Assembly: GCA_973895155.1 (NCBI GenBank)
Contig: OZ316898.1
Coordinates: 14,600,330 to 14,664,329, forward strand
Direction of reading: 5' to 3'
Length of the DNA: 64,000 nt
Source: Marsupella aquatica
Taxonomy: Eukaryota; Plantae; Marchantiophyta
A program made the position numbers and the translations under genes. Below the pieces are notes generated by a model, which did not search any database, was not told the origin of the DNA, and worked only from the letters and a program-made list of their open reading frames with translations. This document shows, piece by piece, positions 1 through 13,177 of the stretch; position 1 is the first letter of the stretch, and each line of letters starts with the position of its first letter.

Positions 1-556
1 GATACTCGCATTCTGGCTGATAGTAATGGGAATCCATCCAGTCTAAATCAATTAATCATTCTATTCATGAATTCAACTTCCCTGGAATTTTATTGATGCG
101 GAGGCAAACCTAAGAAATGGAGATTGTGGTGGTCTTCTGCAGAAAGCTGAAAACTTGTTAGAAAAACGAACTCCAACTTTTTTCAAATTTGTGAGACTTT
201 CTTCATGATCTACACAACAGCTCAGGTTGCAATGTGTGCATAAGAATCTTCACGTCTAGAAGACTTGTCATTGTGGCAAACAAAAGAGAGGCAGATTATT
301 GAGCGAAGGTATCACAAGGTGGCTTCCAAGATATCCAAGATGCAAGAAGAATGACTATTGGAAGGTTAAAGCTTTCTCAACTGAACCCAACAAGCCCTTC
401 AATGTACCACCATCGGTCCAAGCCATTTAATTGTCGGTTCAAGACAGGAAACTTGGAATTAGATTAGGGCAAATGTTGAGAGTTCTCCTTCTCCCGCAGA
501 AATGCCGTTGGTGTGGTGTAAAGTAATGAAGTGCTGAGCAAAGGACGACAAGAAAT

Positions 557-3500
557 ATGGAGAATCACCTCATGCTCACCTTGGAGGGCCTTGCTTCCTC
601 CGGATGCACTGTGCCCAGTGAACAGCTATGCGCAATTGCAATCTCTCTCAAGTTTAAGAAAAAGGATGCAGGATTGAGAAGTTTATCTCTTTGGGGCCGA
701 ATATACACTGAATTAGGGAAAGACTACTTGTTGGCTGAGGGAGTGAAAAGTATCAAGCTTGTGGATAGAAAGTTGGTGATTGATACACGATACTATTTCA
801 GGTACTAGAGTCACAACAATCCACACATTCTTCCGGGTAGATGAACGATTGATCACATTCACTCGATTGAAGATGAATCATAACCAATTATTCAGTTTAG
901 GGCTTCTGCAACTGAGAAAACGTAGAAGATTGATTTCATATAATCGATGCAGGGAGAAAAGTTTGTGTTCAAAGTTATGATAGGCCAACATTATGAGAGT
1001 CCCTAATGATTACTTTGAGGGATTTAAAATTATAGAAAAACGGGTAATGGTCAGAAAAATGTGTTATCAATACAAGAGGTAACAATATAGTAAGGCTCAA
1101 CTACATCTAGAGGCTCACAAGTGTTGCTTTCTCGAAAGACTCAGAACACAATTGTTCAGGAATCAATCATCATTTGATCAGGGAATAACCTTGGCCACCC
1201 TCAATAGTGGAATTAGTTTATTGTTAATACTTCCAACCCCATACAGTCAAAATGGAGCATTGTGGTTGGACCTTCAAGCACCTACTGAAGACCAATTCAT
1301 GAATTGCAAGAAGATTTCTGGACTGTTTAAAGGGGATCCAAGCCATTCATACTTTGTCCCGGATCCACCTCCACCACCTCCTCCACCTCCTGGTGAGAAC
1401 CTACCCAAAAAACGTTGTAAATAATATGGCTTCATGGTTAACACAAAACTGAATGATTTTCACCTTTGGACAGAACCTATTGTTTATGGTATCTAGATCA
1501 AATTGGCTCTATAGGAAATGAATGTTGAACAACCTTGAGGAAAGTGATCATGCGACAGTGTCTTTACCCTTGGCATGTTGACTGAGCCACATGCAATCTC
1601 AAAAAGAACCTGTTGTGTGTGGAATACAGATCCTTTTGCAGCAGTGCTTCCAAAGGCTGCCCCCGTGACAGACCAGGGTGGAGAGGGAGACAAGAAAGAA
1701 GGAGAAGAGCCGAAAGAGGGTGAGGAGTCTGATGCAGATGCCACCAGTGAGTCAGAGCCAGAAGAGCCAGAAGAAGTAGCAGTGGAAGATGATGAGGAAG
1801 GGCCTGATCCCGAGTTGAATCCTGAAGAAGAGGAAGGAGAGAAGGAGCCTGAGCCGCCGAAAGGCCAGGATATTGGCGAGGTGATTGAAATCATGCCCTT
1901 CTTCAAGACTTGTAGCCCTCAGCTGATGATAGAGTCAGTTTTATAATCCACAAACAACTAATTGACATTTCAGCTCATACTTTCAAATCTGATATTCATT
2001 TGGCCATTCTGACACAAAGATATTACCAGTTTGCTCTCTACTCAAGTTCTTCTAGTCTAGGAAAATGATTAAATTCATACTCGTATGTGTATTGAGAAGA
2101 TTAACAATTATCTTGTCAAAGTGTATTCTGGCAAAACTACTTGAATGAACACCATTTGAATTTATGTCACTTGGATGTGCTAATTATCTTCAATATACAT
2201 TCTAAAAGTGTTTAGCAACTGTTGTGAGGAGTGTTGAGCTTGAGTGTATGCATCAACTAGTAACTGTTGTTGATGATGAAAACCATTTGAAACCAAATAT
2301 CAGAGATGTGTTTGGGCACTAAAGTGGTTTTAGGATTGCCATTGTAATATTCGTCATCCATTCAGTTGGTCAGGTTGGCATCATTGATGAGATGGATTGA
2401 CGAAGATTGTGGTGTAGTTCCCATCGGTGGTATGGTGCTCGATGGGAACAGACATCTTGTGAAGAATTGTGTCTTTCCTGGTAAATAACACTCCACGTCT
2501 CTAGCAGAAAGGGAAGAGAATTACGATTAACTTGTTTCATTGTGAAATTGTCATCTTCTTCCAAGGCTTAGGAGTTTCATTTCTGCAAATTGGCACATCA
2601 CATGCTACAAAGCATGGACTCATTTATTGATTTTAAGGGACTACTTCAAAGTTATGTAGGAGAACATTACTGTCTTTTAAACTCAATTTTGAGACTTGTA
2701 AGAAAAGATAGCACCTTTTACAACCAATTTCAATAGGGGTACAAACCCGGGTAAAAAATTCAATTTTTTCTTAAGTTTTAAGATGTTGGCTTCAAAACGT
2801 TGCATGTGATGGTGGGCCCATCATATAATGAGAACCCCCAAATCAAAGGCCTAACCACTTTAGGATGCCACAATTTATTCCCACTTAGAATAAAGGGATC
2901 TCAAATGGGATAGATAATTAATATCTATGTGCCATGGGTGTAGTTTGGACCTTGGCTTTGACTACAAACTTAACTGACTCATGTTTATGGACAGCTAAGT
3001 CTGTTTGCATAAATATCCTTCATAAAGAGATGAGTAGTTAGGAACAGTCTTAAGACAGTTGAGAATTGGTGAGATGCATGGGGAGTCTTCTTGCACATGT
3101 CGTATATTAATTACAATGCTTTATAAAATTCCAACTGGTGAGCTTGTGTAGTTGTCAAAGACACTTCCCAAGCCAGGTAGAATGCTAGTCCAAGAGAGAG
3201 CAAAAGTTGCCATGTATTGTTGGGTAGTCCACTGACTGAAAGTGGACTTCCCATAATGGCTGATATTTGTGTGTTTTACATGTGGATAATTCACATGACT
3301 ACATGTTGGAGGTAACCACAGGGATGAAATTTCCAAACAAGCTTGATTCTTACGGACACCTTTTTCGAGGCTATGAGAAAGCATCACTCTCCAAGGACAT
3401 AGCAGGTGTGTGGTCTATAATTATCATTTTAAACATCTTGCTCTAGTACCACTACTACTTTATGATGATGAAATGGGAGGTTCTCTAGGTTTGCATCTGA

Positions 3501-4085
3501 GACGTCCACTGATGATAACATTAGACTGGCTGACAATTTTTTTCACTATGCTGCTGCATGGTGTAATTACAAAAAATGATGCTAAAACTTGTAGGTTGTC
3601 ACAAAAATTGCAAAGCAGTCTCTTTCTGCATCCACAACTTATATGGGTCTTTAAGCTTAAGTTCACAACAACCAGTTTTGCTTTCTAATAAGATTGAAAT
3701 CTAAAATGCCCATCAACCTTGTTATGAACACAAGGACACATGGCAGTTTGTGTTCACCTTCCATAACATTCCCCTACAATTCAAAATTAAATACAATTTC
3801 ATACCTTACAGCCCAATTTGAAACTGGAAGAGCTTGCGCTACTCTCAGGAATTAATTGTGGTTAAAAAGTATGTGATACATCAAAGTCCATTGTTTGCGC
3901 TCGTACTTTGAACAGGATTCTGGAGTATTGTCCAAGAAGACTTGTCAAATGATGTGCAACTCAGAAGCCTTCTCTGGCCAGGATATCATTTCTACTACTC
4001 TGGTACCAATTTTGATTATGGATCCCTATATTTTGGATGGGGGGAGAAAAACAAGGATATTGCCTTCATGATAAACTATGTTTGA
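557..4085 (+). CDS. RSPH9: Radial spoke head protein 9 (RSP9/RSPH9), 6 exons, ~332 aa
   Basis: Manually spliced with GT-AG introns and consistent phases: 557-801, 1247-1392, 1642-1880, 2366-2480, 3322-3405, 3916-4085 (999 nt). The translation follows Chlamydomonas RSP9 as I recall it: LASSGCTVPSEQ..AGLRSLSLWGRI..GKDYLLAEG..YYFSQNGALWLDLQ..GDPS..DIGELVRLASL..FPGMKFPNKLDSY..VQLRSLLWPGYHFYY..YGSLYFGWGEKNKDIAFMI. Confidence 0.92.
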
Positions 4086-5332
4086 CGAAAAACATACCCT
4101 CAAAGTAGAAAGGTGTAGACTATTAATGCAAAGCGGTTGTAGGAGAGGACAAATAGTCTATGAGAATTTGTTGATGAATTATTGATGAGTTGGCGTCTCA
4201 ATCTGTATGAGGATGACTGTAATCATGGAAGACAATTATATAGTACACAAGAAAATATTGAGTACGCAACTACGTTCGCTCCTCATTTAGTGGAGCACAA
4301 CAGACCAAAACAATCATCTGATTGTTACCAGGTGGTCACACATTAAGGCTTGTATATATTAGTAGGCAACACTTGACAACGACATGTTCTTTTCCAAGAC
4401 GTGTTGCATCTTTCAGTCTTCATTAAACATTATAGTATCTGATCACGCCCATTCTGGGCAATGGTCTGTTTACAAAATGTCATTCGGGCAGAAAAAAATC
4501 ATGGGCATTTGTTGAATTTTTTTTTGTCACCATTGTCAGAAACACTTCCCTGCCTACCTACCATCTGTGCCTTGCCCCGATTATTTGTGCAATGCACATG
4601 CATTGGGCTCGTCAATGTATAACACTTCAAGCAAGCTGAGCATTCACCATGAACAAAAGAACATCAAGCACGATTTAAACAAGTTTTGAAACTTCTTTAT
4701 ATTTGGTTGTGGTTTCTCTTGATACTTACATGCGTATGCCTTCTAGCTAGCGGGAAGCTAATAAATTGAGATTTTGCACTAAAAATAAAATCAAGTCGCA
4801 AAATAGTATGGACTTTCACTGGTTAATGGTCAATCTTGAAACATACCATATATCTTGCCCATGGGTTCATTTTCACCAGTGTGGAACAAACCCTTTCAGT
4901 ATCAAGCTAATTGCCAATATTTCAATTGAACATTTTATCCATGTGGGATCATTTTGGGAGCCTAGCCTTTCCATTTGGATGGGATCCCAAAATGCACTTT
5001 GTATGATTGAAAATCATTTTATGAACTCTAAATCCATGTCATCCTAGTGAAAATGATTGAAGAGGGTTTAGGATTTAGTACCATCCAGTCTTGTCTTAAG
5101 AGTTCAAAAAGATTGAACAGAGTTACCAACCTGAGTGGTCTGCCTTGTGTAAATTTGTGATTAGTAAAAGACCGTATTTTTCTTGTTTCGTTTTTTAGAG
5201 GTTGGGAGGGGGGATGAGTGGGTGGGTGGGGAATAAAAGGGAAACCTCTCTCCTCGAGGAGCGGTTCTTCTTTACAAACAGTGAAAATGGTCCGTGTGGT
5301 TGTCACCTAGCAGCTCCCAATTGTCCCACGTG

Positions 5333-6071
5333 GAGGGTAGGACTGAGGCCCTTTTGTGCTACCCATTCCGTTCCAAAACGATCCGATCCTTAAAGTGGGG
5401 TAGGACTTTCTTTAGTGGGCGAATCTTAGGGAAAATTTATCCCCTTGGGAAACTTGTCGAGGATGCAAAAAGAGGGAAGCCATGAAGATTACCGAGAATA
5501 ATAATGCTGATATCTGATTGGAACAACACGGGATGCTTGACAAATTTGTCACAAGGGAGTCCCTTCTTAGGGTAGGAGCTGGAAACTCTTAAACTGGTCG
5601 CCCTGACAAAGGCAAAGGTGAGTGAGTAGCCCAATGCATCGTGGTTACCAAGGGAGGGTAGGACCACCCACTTTTGAGGGAAGTTCTTTCAGTGGAGGAG
5701 ATTCAACACACGGCAGATGTTAAAATTTTGGGTTCCAGGACTAATTTGAAGAATCCTACAGTTTAGGGTAGGACTGCAATAAAGTCTTACACTTTAGGGT
5801 AGGAGTGTCTTATGGAATCCTACACTTTAGGGTAGGACTGTAAAGAAGGTCCTACAATTTGGGGTAGGACTGTCGTTTGTCTTGGAGAAAGGTAGAAAGG
5901 AGTACTGTAGCTTAGCACTGAGAATTGTGTGTCTGCATGGGGAGGAAACTCCCACACTTTAGGGTAGGATTTTGTAGAGTTTGATGAAACCCAGGAAAGG
6001 TTCTCTTTGAAGGTGGACCAGTGCTTTGAACAGTAGGGGTCGCTAAGGAAATCCTATACTTTAGGGTAGGA
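5333..6071. repeat. Cluster of short palindromic repeats TCCTAC-actttagg-GTAGGA enclosing TTTAGGG
   Basis: Four near-tandem units at 5754, 5785, 5818 and 5850 (period 31-33 bp, variable linkers). Further copies at ~5950 and 6052, and half-sites (gggtagga) at ~5335, 5398, 5570 and 5656. Confidence 0.75.
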
Positions 6072-7097
6072 GTGATGTGCACTTCGTCAAAATAATGAAG
6101 ATAAGGAGCAATTATGAAAGGTATCCTAGCTAGGGACATAGTTGCTATCTATTATAACTCGCTTATCAAGGAGTAAATTAGTGGGCCGGACGGCAGGAAA
6201 CTGAAGCATCAATATCTACATGCATAAAACCTGATGAGTAATAGAAGGATTGTTTCACCACTTTGAGCAAATGGGGTTTTACCAGCAAATTTAGACTGTC
6301 AATGTCTCCCTTGACACCCAATGGAATTGGCTGGTATTGGGCTTTTCAACGAGTATACTGCTAGTTTTCATGAGGAATTAAGAGAGCTATAAATTTCTAA
6401 TTAGTTCTCAATCTCTCACTCTCTCATTGCCCATACTCCTACTTCCAAAATTTTACAGGAGATACCTTTGACATTTACTTCCAAAAGTTTACAGGAGATA
6501 ACTTGGACATTTAATATCCCCATTGATATCCGACCAAATTGGCTGTTCTGGGGCCTGTTAGGAGTGATCTTGGAAAGACCTTACCAGCAAGCCTAATTTT
6601 GTCAAAATTTCATTGAGAAGTGAGAGACCTACAAATTAAGATGAGCATCTCGTTTCCTTGTTACACTTCACTCATCTGTCTACTATCTACGATATGAGCT
6701 CAAAAGAGGGGCTCAATGTAGTCCACCCAACAATCTTCTATGTAGGAGCATTTTGGCAAACATGCAGGTTTATCCAGCCAGGCTTCAATTTCCCTCTCAA
6801 TTTTGCTTTCCATCTTTTAAAAATAAGAAATTGAACTCAATAAGACCACCTTCCAATTGTAAGAGCCACCAACCCATACTGGCCTTTGGAAATAATTGTA
6901 TCAGATACAGTGACCCATGCTTATCAGTGCTCCATAGTGGGCATATAGTGCTCTATGGTGGGTGTATAGCAGATCTCACTGACACACCCACCATGGAAAC
7001 ACCATGTCCACCCAGTGATTCTCTCCTTCGCCACAGTTACTGTGCAGTGCTTCTGCAAGAGTAGATGCGTCACCAATATCTGGCAACAGGTTGTTGC

Positions 7098-7225
7098 TAA
7101 ATAAACAATTCTGGATGAGCATTCCGGAAACTCATTTGTTGTTGCCCATTGGGTCCCGCATGCAATAAACAATTCTGGATGAGCATTCCGGGAAAACTCA
7201 TTTGTTGTTGCACATTGGGTCCCGC
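7098..7225. repeat. ~65-bp tandem duplication
   Basis: aataaacaattctggatgagcattccgg..aaactcatttgttgttgc.cattgggtcccgc occurs twice back to back. Confidence 0.85.
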
Positions 7226-10200
7226 CTTCCATGCTGCCATGGGACTTGCGAACAGAAATTGAAACCATAAAACTTGCAAAACAGAAATTAGTCTCCGTCA
7301 TGAATTGGAACCCAAAATAGGATTAGTAAGAGAACCCACCAGACATATTGCGCATTTCTATCATGAGCAAGTTCTCAAGCAACAGAGAACACCAGCAAAG
7401 ATCGTGATTGCACAAGAATGGGAGTACTTCAGAAATGGAAATTATTCTCGTTCATGGAACTGGAACCCAAAATAGAGTTCAGGCCCCACTCTCAAATTAG
7501 TGTTGCACAAGTTAATTGGGGACAAACTCTAATTGAGAGATAAATCCAATTAATGTGAACAGTATACATGGAAACGGGAGGCTAGTAGCATCTAACAGTG
7601 GGACCAACGGGAAACGGGAGGCTAGCATCAAAGACTAGTGGGACCCAAGGGGTTCTAATAAATAATTTTTGGGAAGCTCGTCCACCTGCTAATCCCCTGG
7701 TGCAATCATGACTGCAATTCCAGAAACAAAGAATGATGTCTGCCCTCGTGAGGAATGTACCATGACTGGCAATGGAGAGAAAGATTCTTTAGAAAACACA
7801 ACATGATTGTCTAGGTGTCAGACTGGGAGTAGACTTGGGAGCTCAAGAATTGAATGATTACAACCTCACCAGTAATTCTTTTGACTGAAACGAGATTCAG
7901 TTCCGATAGTACCGATTGATACGATGGATCACGAAGCTCATTCTCTGAGTCCAGACACAGTCTCTTAGAATATTCAATTGACATGTTAATAAGAGATTTG
8001 GCTCCGTACGATTTCAGTAACCCAAATCGCTTGTAACTAGATTTCGTAGAGTACGAGTCTCGATGTGCTCAGGTGCCCTGGTCCAGAAGCTAGAAATTAA
8101 GACTCAGGTTGATTGGTAGTCAAAATAATTCTGATTCAAGAGTTGGTTTCTTAAGATTCCCGACATTCATCTAAAATTGGGTGACGAAGACGTGAACTTC
8201 ATATCATAGGCCCGGAGACAAGTTGCTCCTGTGTCTATCATGGGAATGTTTCGAGAATCGAAGGTGATGTCAGCTCGAGGTAATCACTGGTTATGAACTA
8301 TAAATGATTTGTGTCAGGCGATAAGTTTCGGCATATTCATCTTCAACTGCAATTGTCAGCAGAAGTCATTCGTGAATGGAATTCGTAAGTATCATTTGTC
8401 CATAAATGCACCAAATTTAGCCCTACATGGTTTACTGAAGCCGTCCTAGGCAGAGAATTTTCGACCCAGCTGCAAGCCGAAATCCATTAGCCAAGAGACT
8501 CCTTACTTAAACGCTGTCATGATACAGGATGATCTGTGGGCCAAGGACGTGATCTTGTAGCTAGAATATCGAAGCCACTAGTATCAATTCTAGTGCCGCA
8601 ACTAATCTCGAAATACGGCCCCAGACATCCGTGAGTCATCGATCCTATTGAGAATTTTGAAGCATGGATTACTGTGGAAAGAAGGACTCCAGGCGCATTA
8701 CGTTCCCTCCCTCCAACTCATCTAGATCATCAGCGATTACGCCGGCCTGTCGGCAAACGCTCAGAGGAATCATCAGTAGTGCTAGCTCAGGCTGTGCGTG
8801 TCTGAAAGCCGTGCCCGCCAAACTCCAGATGAGTACAATGGTAACAACCGCCCAACGTGTCGAAGACCATTCGCTAGCATTTCATCAAGGATGGGACGCG
8901 AAATGTAATTTGGCCCCGTACATTACGCTGGTGTATGGCCAGGCGATGCCAGCACAAGTTGGCGTTATGGAGATGAGACTTTGCAAGCGATTTGGGTTAC
9001 AAGATTTGATGGGGCTCGGATGTCCCGGTGTGACGAAAGTTGATCAACTGGAAGTAGGCTATGTTGAGTTGATACTGTCGCAAACCGTAACTGAAATCCA
9101 AGGCCCGGAACAGCAAAAAACAACGCTATGATTTCAAATCTCGAGAGATTCCCGATGAAAATAATAATGTATAATATTCGTATAATATTCGTGTACTGAA
9201 TATTACCCATACCTTCCTCCTTTCTCCGCCAGGTGTCTTGATGTAATTGACCAAAGCTGGCCTGAATGAACTTCAAGCCAGTCCTTCAATGGTAATTGCA
9301 ATTACTGTACTCTCGTGTGCACGATAGCAAACTACAAGGCTTCCTAGCCTTTGAGTAATTCGAGGAGTGGTGTACTGGGCTCATTTGATAGCCGAATGAA
9401 AGTAACTTCCAAGCGGGCTTCCAAGATGTTCGCATCAGTTCAGCTGGTCAACCTGGAGAGACCTAGGTCGTGTCGTTCAAACACTTCTCTCCCACATTCA
9501 CACGCATACGTCCCCGGGACTACTTTCTTGGCTAGAATTTTGTGTCATTCTGCCCAAATTAAAGTGACCTACAACTCAATTTGTGTGAACTCATTACACT
9601 TTCACTTGTGGCCGATACTACTCGACATCCCACGCTGATCGAGTTGATTCATCCGGGTTGACAATCAGGAAGTTGATAGATTGCATTTCAAACGAACGTG
9701 GAAGTTCACGTTGTTTAGGCTACGTAGCCTCTCCTGTTCTTGTTGCACCCCTGTCGCATGCATCTTGACAGTCTGGTAGACTTCTTTGTAGACACTGTCG
9801 GAATCCATGGATTTAATCGAGGTGGGATTACGAGCCGCCGAGCAGAGAGACAGTCATGACCGTAAGCTACTGTAATCGTCAGTTGTAGAACAATTCACAG
9901 GACCTCAGCGGAACCCTCCTTACATAATTAAAAAATTGCTCAACAATTTTGAGTGAAATAGTATATAAGGACTCTATATTTAAGCAGGAGCTCACTGATA
10001 TATAGAGACCACCCACGTGGGTCCAGCATAATTATGGGGACCTTTTCCAGCTATTCCGTCCTTCACTTTTGAAAGGAAGGCAGCTCGAAATAATTGTGAT
10101 ACGTCTACTTGAAAGCTAACTCAACAATGACCAAGGAAGACTGAAACGATTCCAATCCCAACAAACCGTTTGTTTAGAAATACTCGAGCGGCAAAAGCTG

Positions 10201-10684
10201 AAATGGCCCTAGGCGAATACTCATCAACAATCCGTTTATTGGCAAATCTTCTCTCAAGAGGCGATCGACAAGCATTATGAACTGGAACGACGTGTGAGTC
10301 GCTATATGCCGAGAAGATTACATTGGGACTCCCGGGTTACTGATTGATCAAGATTTTACAGCCTGTGAACCAAGCAAAGAATGAATGTATTTACATGATA
10401 ATTGATTTAGCACGCTTCAACCGCTGCATTCCTCGTTCTCAATCATGTAAACGAGTTGAAGCACTCTTAAAACTACCGTAGCTAACTCAGGCAAGTTGGC
10501 TTGCTCACTTGAAAATTAAGCTCAACTTTCATGATGCATTAATAAACTAATGCGGTCTAAATCTAGAACTGGTTAGCAGCTTGCTAAATACCCTTTAGCT
10601 CGTCGACTGATCGATCGATCCTCTCTCAATATAATATCTACTATTAACAGACCTTGATCACTGTAAACGACAGAACCCGCAATA

Positions 10685-13177
10685 TCATCTAGTGATAGAG
10701 GGCGATGACGAAGGTCGCCACACAGTGGCAAATAGCACATTGTGGCCCTTCCAAGTGAGCAACAGGGCATCCTCGTCCTGCTTCATACCCCAACCCGCAG
10801 CATGATCACTGAGCATAATCTTCACCTCCTCGCTCACATCTTCACTGAAAGGAACAAGCTCGAATCCCGCCTTCCTGATGCGCTGCCCCCACCTTTCCTT
10901 GGTCTCCATTCTCTCGATTCTCTCCAACCCCTCGTTGACAAGAATGTTCTCGATCTTCTTGGCCAGGACAAGCTCGTACTCCAATCTTTGAGGGCTGTCC
11001 CGCGGCAAGAATGTGTCGAGAGAATCGAAAGGTATCCACAAATAGTTGAACGCCGCTTTGAGCCTCGTCACCAAACTTGGAGACGTGACATTCGCTTCCT
11101 CGTCAACCACGGTGACAAGCGACGGGTTCAAACTATGCACCATAGCGAAGAAATTATCCCGAGGGCAGCATTGTACAGATCCAGCCGGGTCGGCGGATTC
11201 GTCGGGGATGAACCTCGCCCTGTACATGCAGTTGGCGACTCTAACCTCGTCGTCCCGAATATCGAACATCGAACGATCCAAGAGGTCAATTTCATGGGGA
11301 ACGATTGAAACGTCCAGGTCGACATTTTTGGTGGCCGCGAACAACCTAAGACGAGTAATCACGTCCTCTTGGGACATGCCCAGGTAGGGAGCAACATCGG
11401 GCCTCGCTTTGCAAACCGTGAGGCGCATTTGCGGAGGGCCTTCAGGCCTGCCTGAAAGAGCCTCGATCATCGTGGGCCACTGCATGCCATACGTCGTCGT
11501 GAAATCGATGATATGAACTTTATCCTTACCTTCAAATGCTTCAAGCATGGCACCATTGGCAGCTTTGAATCCAAATCTGTACCAAGGAGTTATGTCGACC
11601 ATGACAGCGTACTCCACGGCGCTGATTGCTTTGCTCTCCCTGTCCTCGCCATACAATGCGTTGAAACTCGGCACCATTCTGCCCGCTCGGCGAACGAGTG
11701 CCTTCAGGAAGCACGAGGTCACTCTTTGATTGGGATCTCCTTGGTTGGGATCTCCTTCTGAAGACACGATGTTGTTGAGTAGAAACATGATCTGGTGGGC
11801 TGAGTTCACATCCTCCTTCTCTAAAGCCTGTGCGCACATGACAAGGAGGTGCTCCATGGTGTTCGCATCATGGGAAGCGCCCAAACTGTTTAACCCCTTC
11901 AAGGAGAGTCCCAGCGATGATGGCCAGCAATCCTCAAGCCCCCTCAATGACATTGCTGACAGCCTACCATCGCCACTGATTCCATTCGGAGGAGGAATCC
12001 AGACCTTATTTTCTAGACGGGATTGAGTGCTGTGAATGGGTCCATTGCCCACTTTTGAAGAAGCTGACAAGCTCTTGGTAGTTACCGCTGATGGAAACGA
12101 GGATTGCACTTGTTGAACTTGCTGTTGTATATGTGCCAATGGAGGAGCAGTGAGAGGCTGAGGAGGATTGAACTGAGAGCGGGTCTCGTTTATGCTTGGT
12201 ACATTCACCCCTCCTGCAGTTGCAAGTCTAGACACCCCGGGCCCTTGATAAGTCATATTCGTCGTTGTCGATTCGACTGATCCGTCATCTGACGGACCTC
12301 TCCCAGATGGCAACGAGACTCTCATTGGACTTAACCCTACGGGTTGACTGTGAATCATGGACGGACTATGCCGAACTGGGGAGGCCGTCATCAATTTCTG
12401 CCGCTTCTCACTAGGAGGGCTCATTCCTCTATCCCAATGATCCATGATGATCGACGACTCCTCACTCTGATCTCCTGGAGATGAACCGAATGAGGGCAGG
12501 CCCATGGTCACTGTTGTGTCATCGAAGCTTGAGAACTGCCCCGGAATTTGAAATTGCTGGATCGACTCCAGCCGGTGGTCGTGATATTGATGCTGCTGCA
12601 GATGCTGATGAGGTAGAGAATTCATGACGGTATTCCCCAAACCCTTTAATGCCTGGATACCAACCAGCTGCTGATTCCTCGGAAATCTCAGGAATGAGCT
12701 CATGATCATCTCCTGTTCGTCCTCGGCACTAACAAATGACAGCCGACCGTTGCTCTCTCTTGTCCGAGTCCTCCCCATGAAGCTATTATCACTGAAGCTG
12801 CTCCGATTAGGCTCATCGTCGAAGTCTCCCATGGAGAATTGAGCCCCCACTTCCGCTACCCAGCTTGATAGTACGCTCGTTTCGAGTTTCAAATCCGCAT
12901 GAATAGCCGCCAGTGTAACCTCGGTCAAATTATCCTCCTGGGACCCGCTGCTTTGCTCAACAAATTCTAAAGCCAATTGCTGGCGCTTCTGCAATGACTT
13001 CTCCTGGGAAACGGGGCTCAAGAGATCTTCACTGGGCGATACAACTGACTCGTAGCTGCAGCTGCTATTGCCCACATCAGGCTCCAGAGAGTAGTGGCGC
13101 TCGAATGTATCTTCACGCCGATCAATTGGAAAAAACCTCTGATCCATCACTACCTGCTGCTCCTGGCAGTCGTACAT
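10685..13177 (-). CDS. SCL32: GRAS transcription factor, SCL32/SHR-related subfamily, ~830 aa with a long disordered N-terminus
   Basis: Single long ORF; the first ATG is at 13177, with an in-frame TAA at 13220-13222 upstream. C-terminal GRAS domain: MEHLLVMCAQALE..LNNI..GDPNQRVTSCFLKAL, DITPWYRFGFKAANGAMLEAFEG, VHIID, QWPTMIEALSGRPEGPP, HAAGWGMKQDEDALLLTWKGHNVLFATVW. These motifs are characteristic of the SCL32 clade. Confidence 0.93.
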   Translation of the reverse strand: MYDCQEQQVVMDQRFFPIDRREDTFERHYSLEPDVGNSSCSYESVVSPSEDLLSPVSQEKSLQKRQQLALEFVEQSSGSQEDNLTEVTLAAIHADLKLETSVLSSWVAEVGAQFSMGDFDDEPNRSSFSDNSFMGRTRTRESNGRLSFVSAEDEQEMIMSSFLRFPRNQQLVGIQALKGLGNTVMNSLPHQHLQQHQYHDHRLESIQQFQIPGQFSSFDDTTVTMGLPSFGSSPGDQSEESSIIMDHWDRGMSPPSEKRQKLMTASPVRHSPSMIHSQPVGLSPMRVSLPSGRGPSDDGSVESTTTNMTYQGPGVSRLATAGGVNVPSINETRSQFNPPQPLTAPPLAHIQQQVQQVQSSFPSAVTTKSLSASSKVGNGPIHSTQSRLENKVWIPPPNGISGDGRLSAMSLRGLEDCWPSSLGLSLKGLNSLGASHDANTMEHLLVMCAQALEKEDVNSAHQIMFLLNNIVSSEGDPNQGDPNQRVTSCFLKALVRRAGRMVPSFNALYGEDRESKAISAVEYAVMVDITPWYRFGFKAANGAMLEAFEGKDKVHIIDFTTTYGMQWPTMIEALSGRPEGPPQMRLTVCKARPDVAPYLGMSQEDVITRLRLFAATKNVDLDVSIVPHEIDLLDRSMFDIRDDEVRVANCMYRARFIPDESADPAGSVQCCPRDNFFAMVHSLNPSLVTVVDEEANVTSPSLVTRLKAAFNYLWIPFDSLDTFLPRDSPQRLEYELVLAKKIENILVNEGLERIERMETKERWGQRIRKAGFELVPFSEDVSEEVKIMLSDHAAGWGMKQDEDALLLTWKGHNVLFATVWRPSSSPSITR

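Noticed and set aside
5754-5871. CRISPR array
   Set aside because: Linkers are only ~11-13 nt, there are no cas genes and the context is eukaryotic; kept as a palindromic repeat.
8664-9131. 155-aa ORF
   Set aside because: No recognisable domain or splice context; probably chance or decayed TE sequence.
10742-12026. Several + strand ORFs up to 188 aa
   Set aside because: Antisense shadows of the GRAS CDS.
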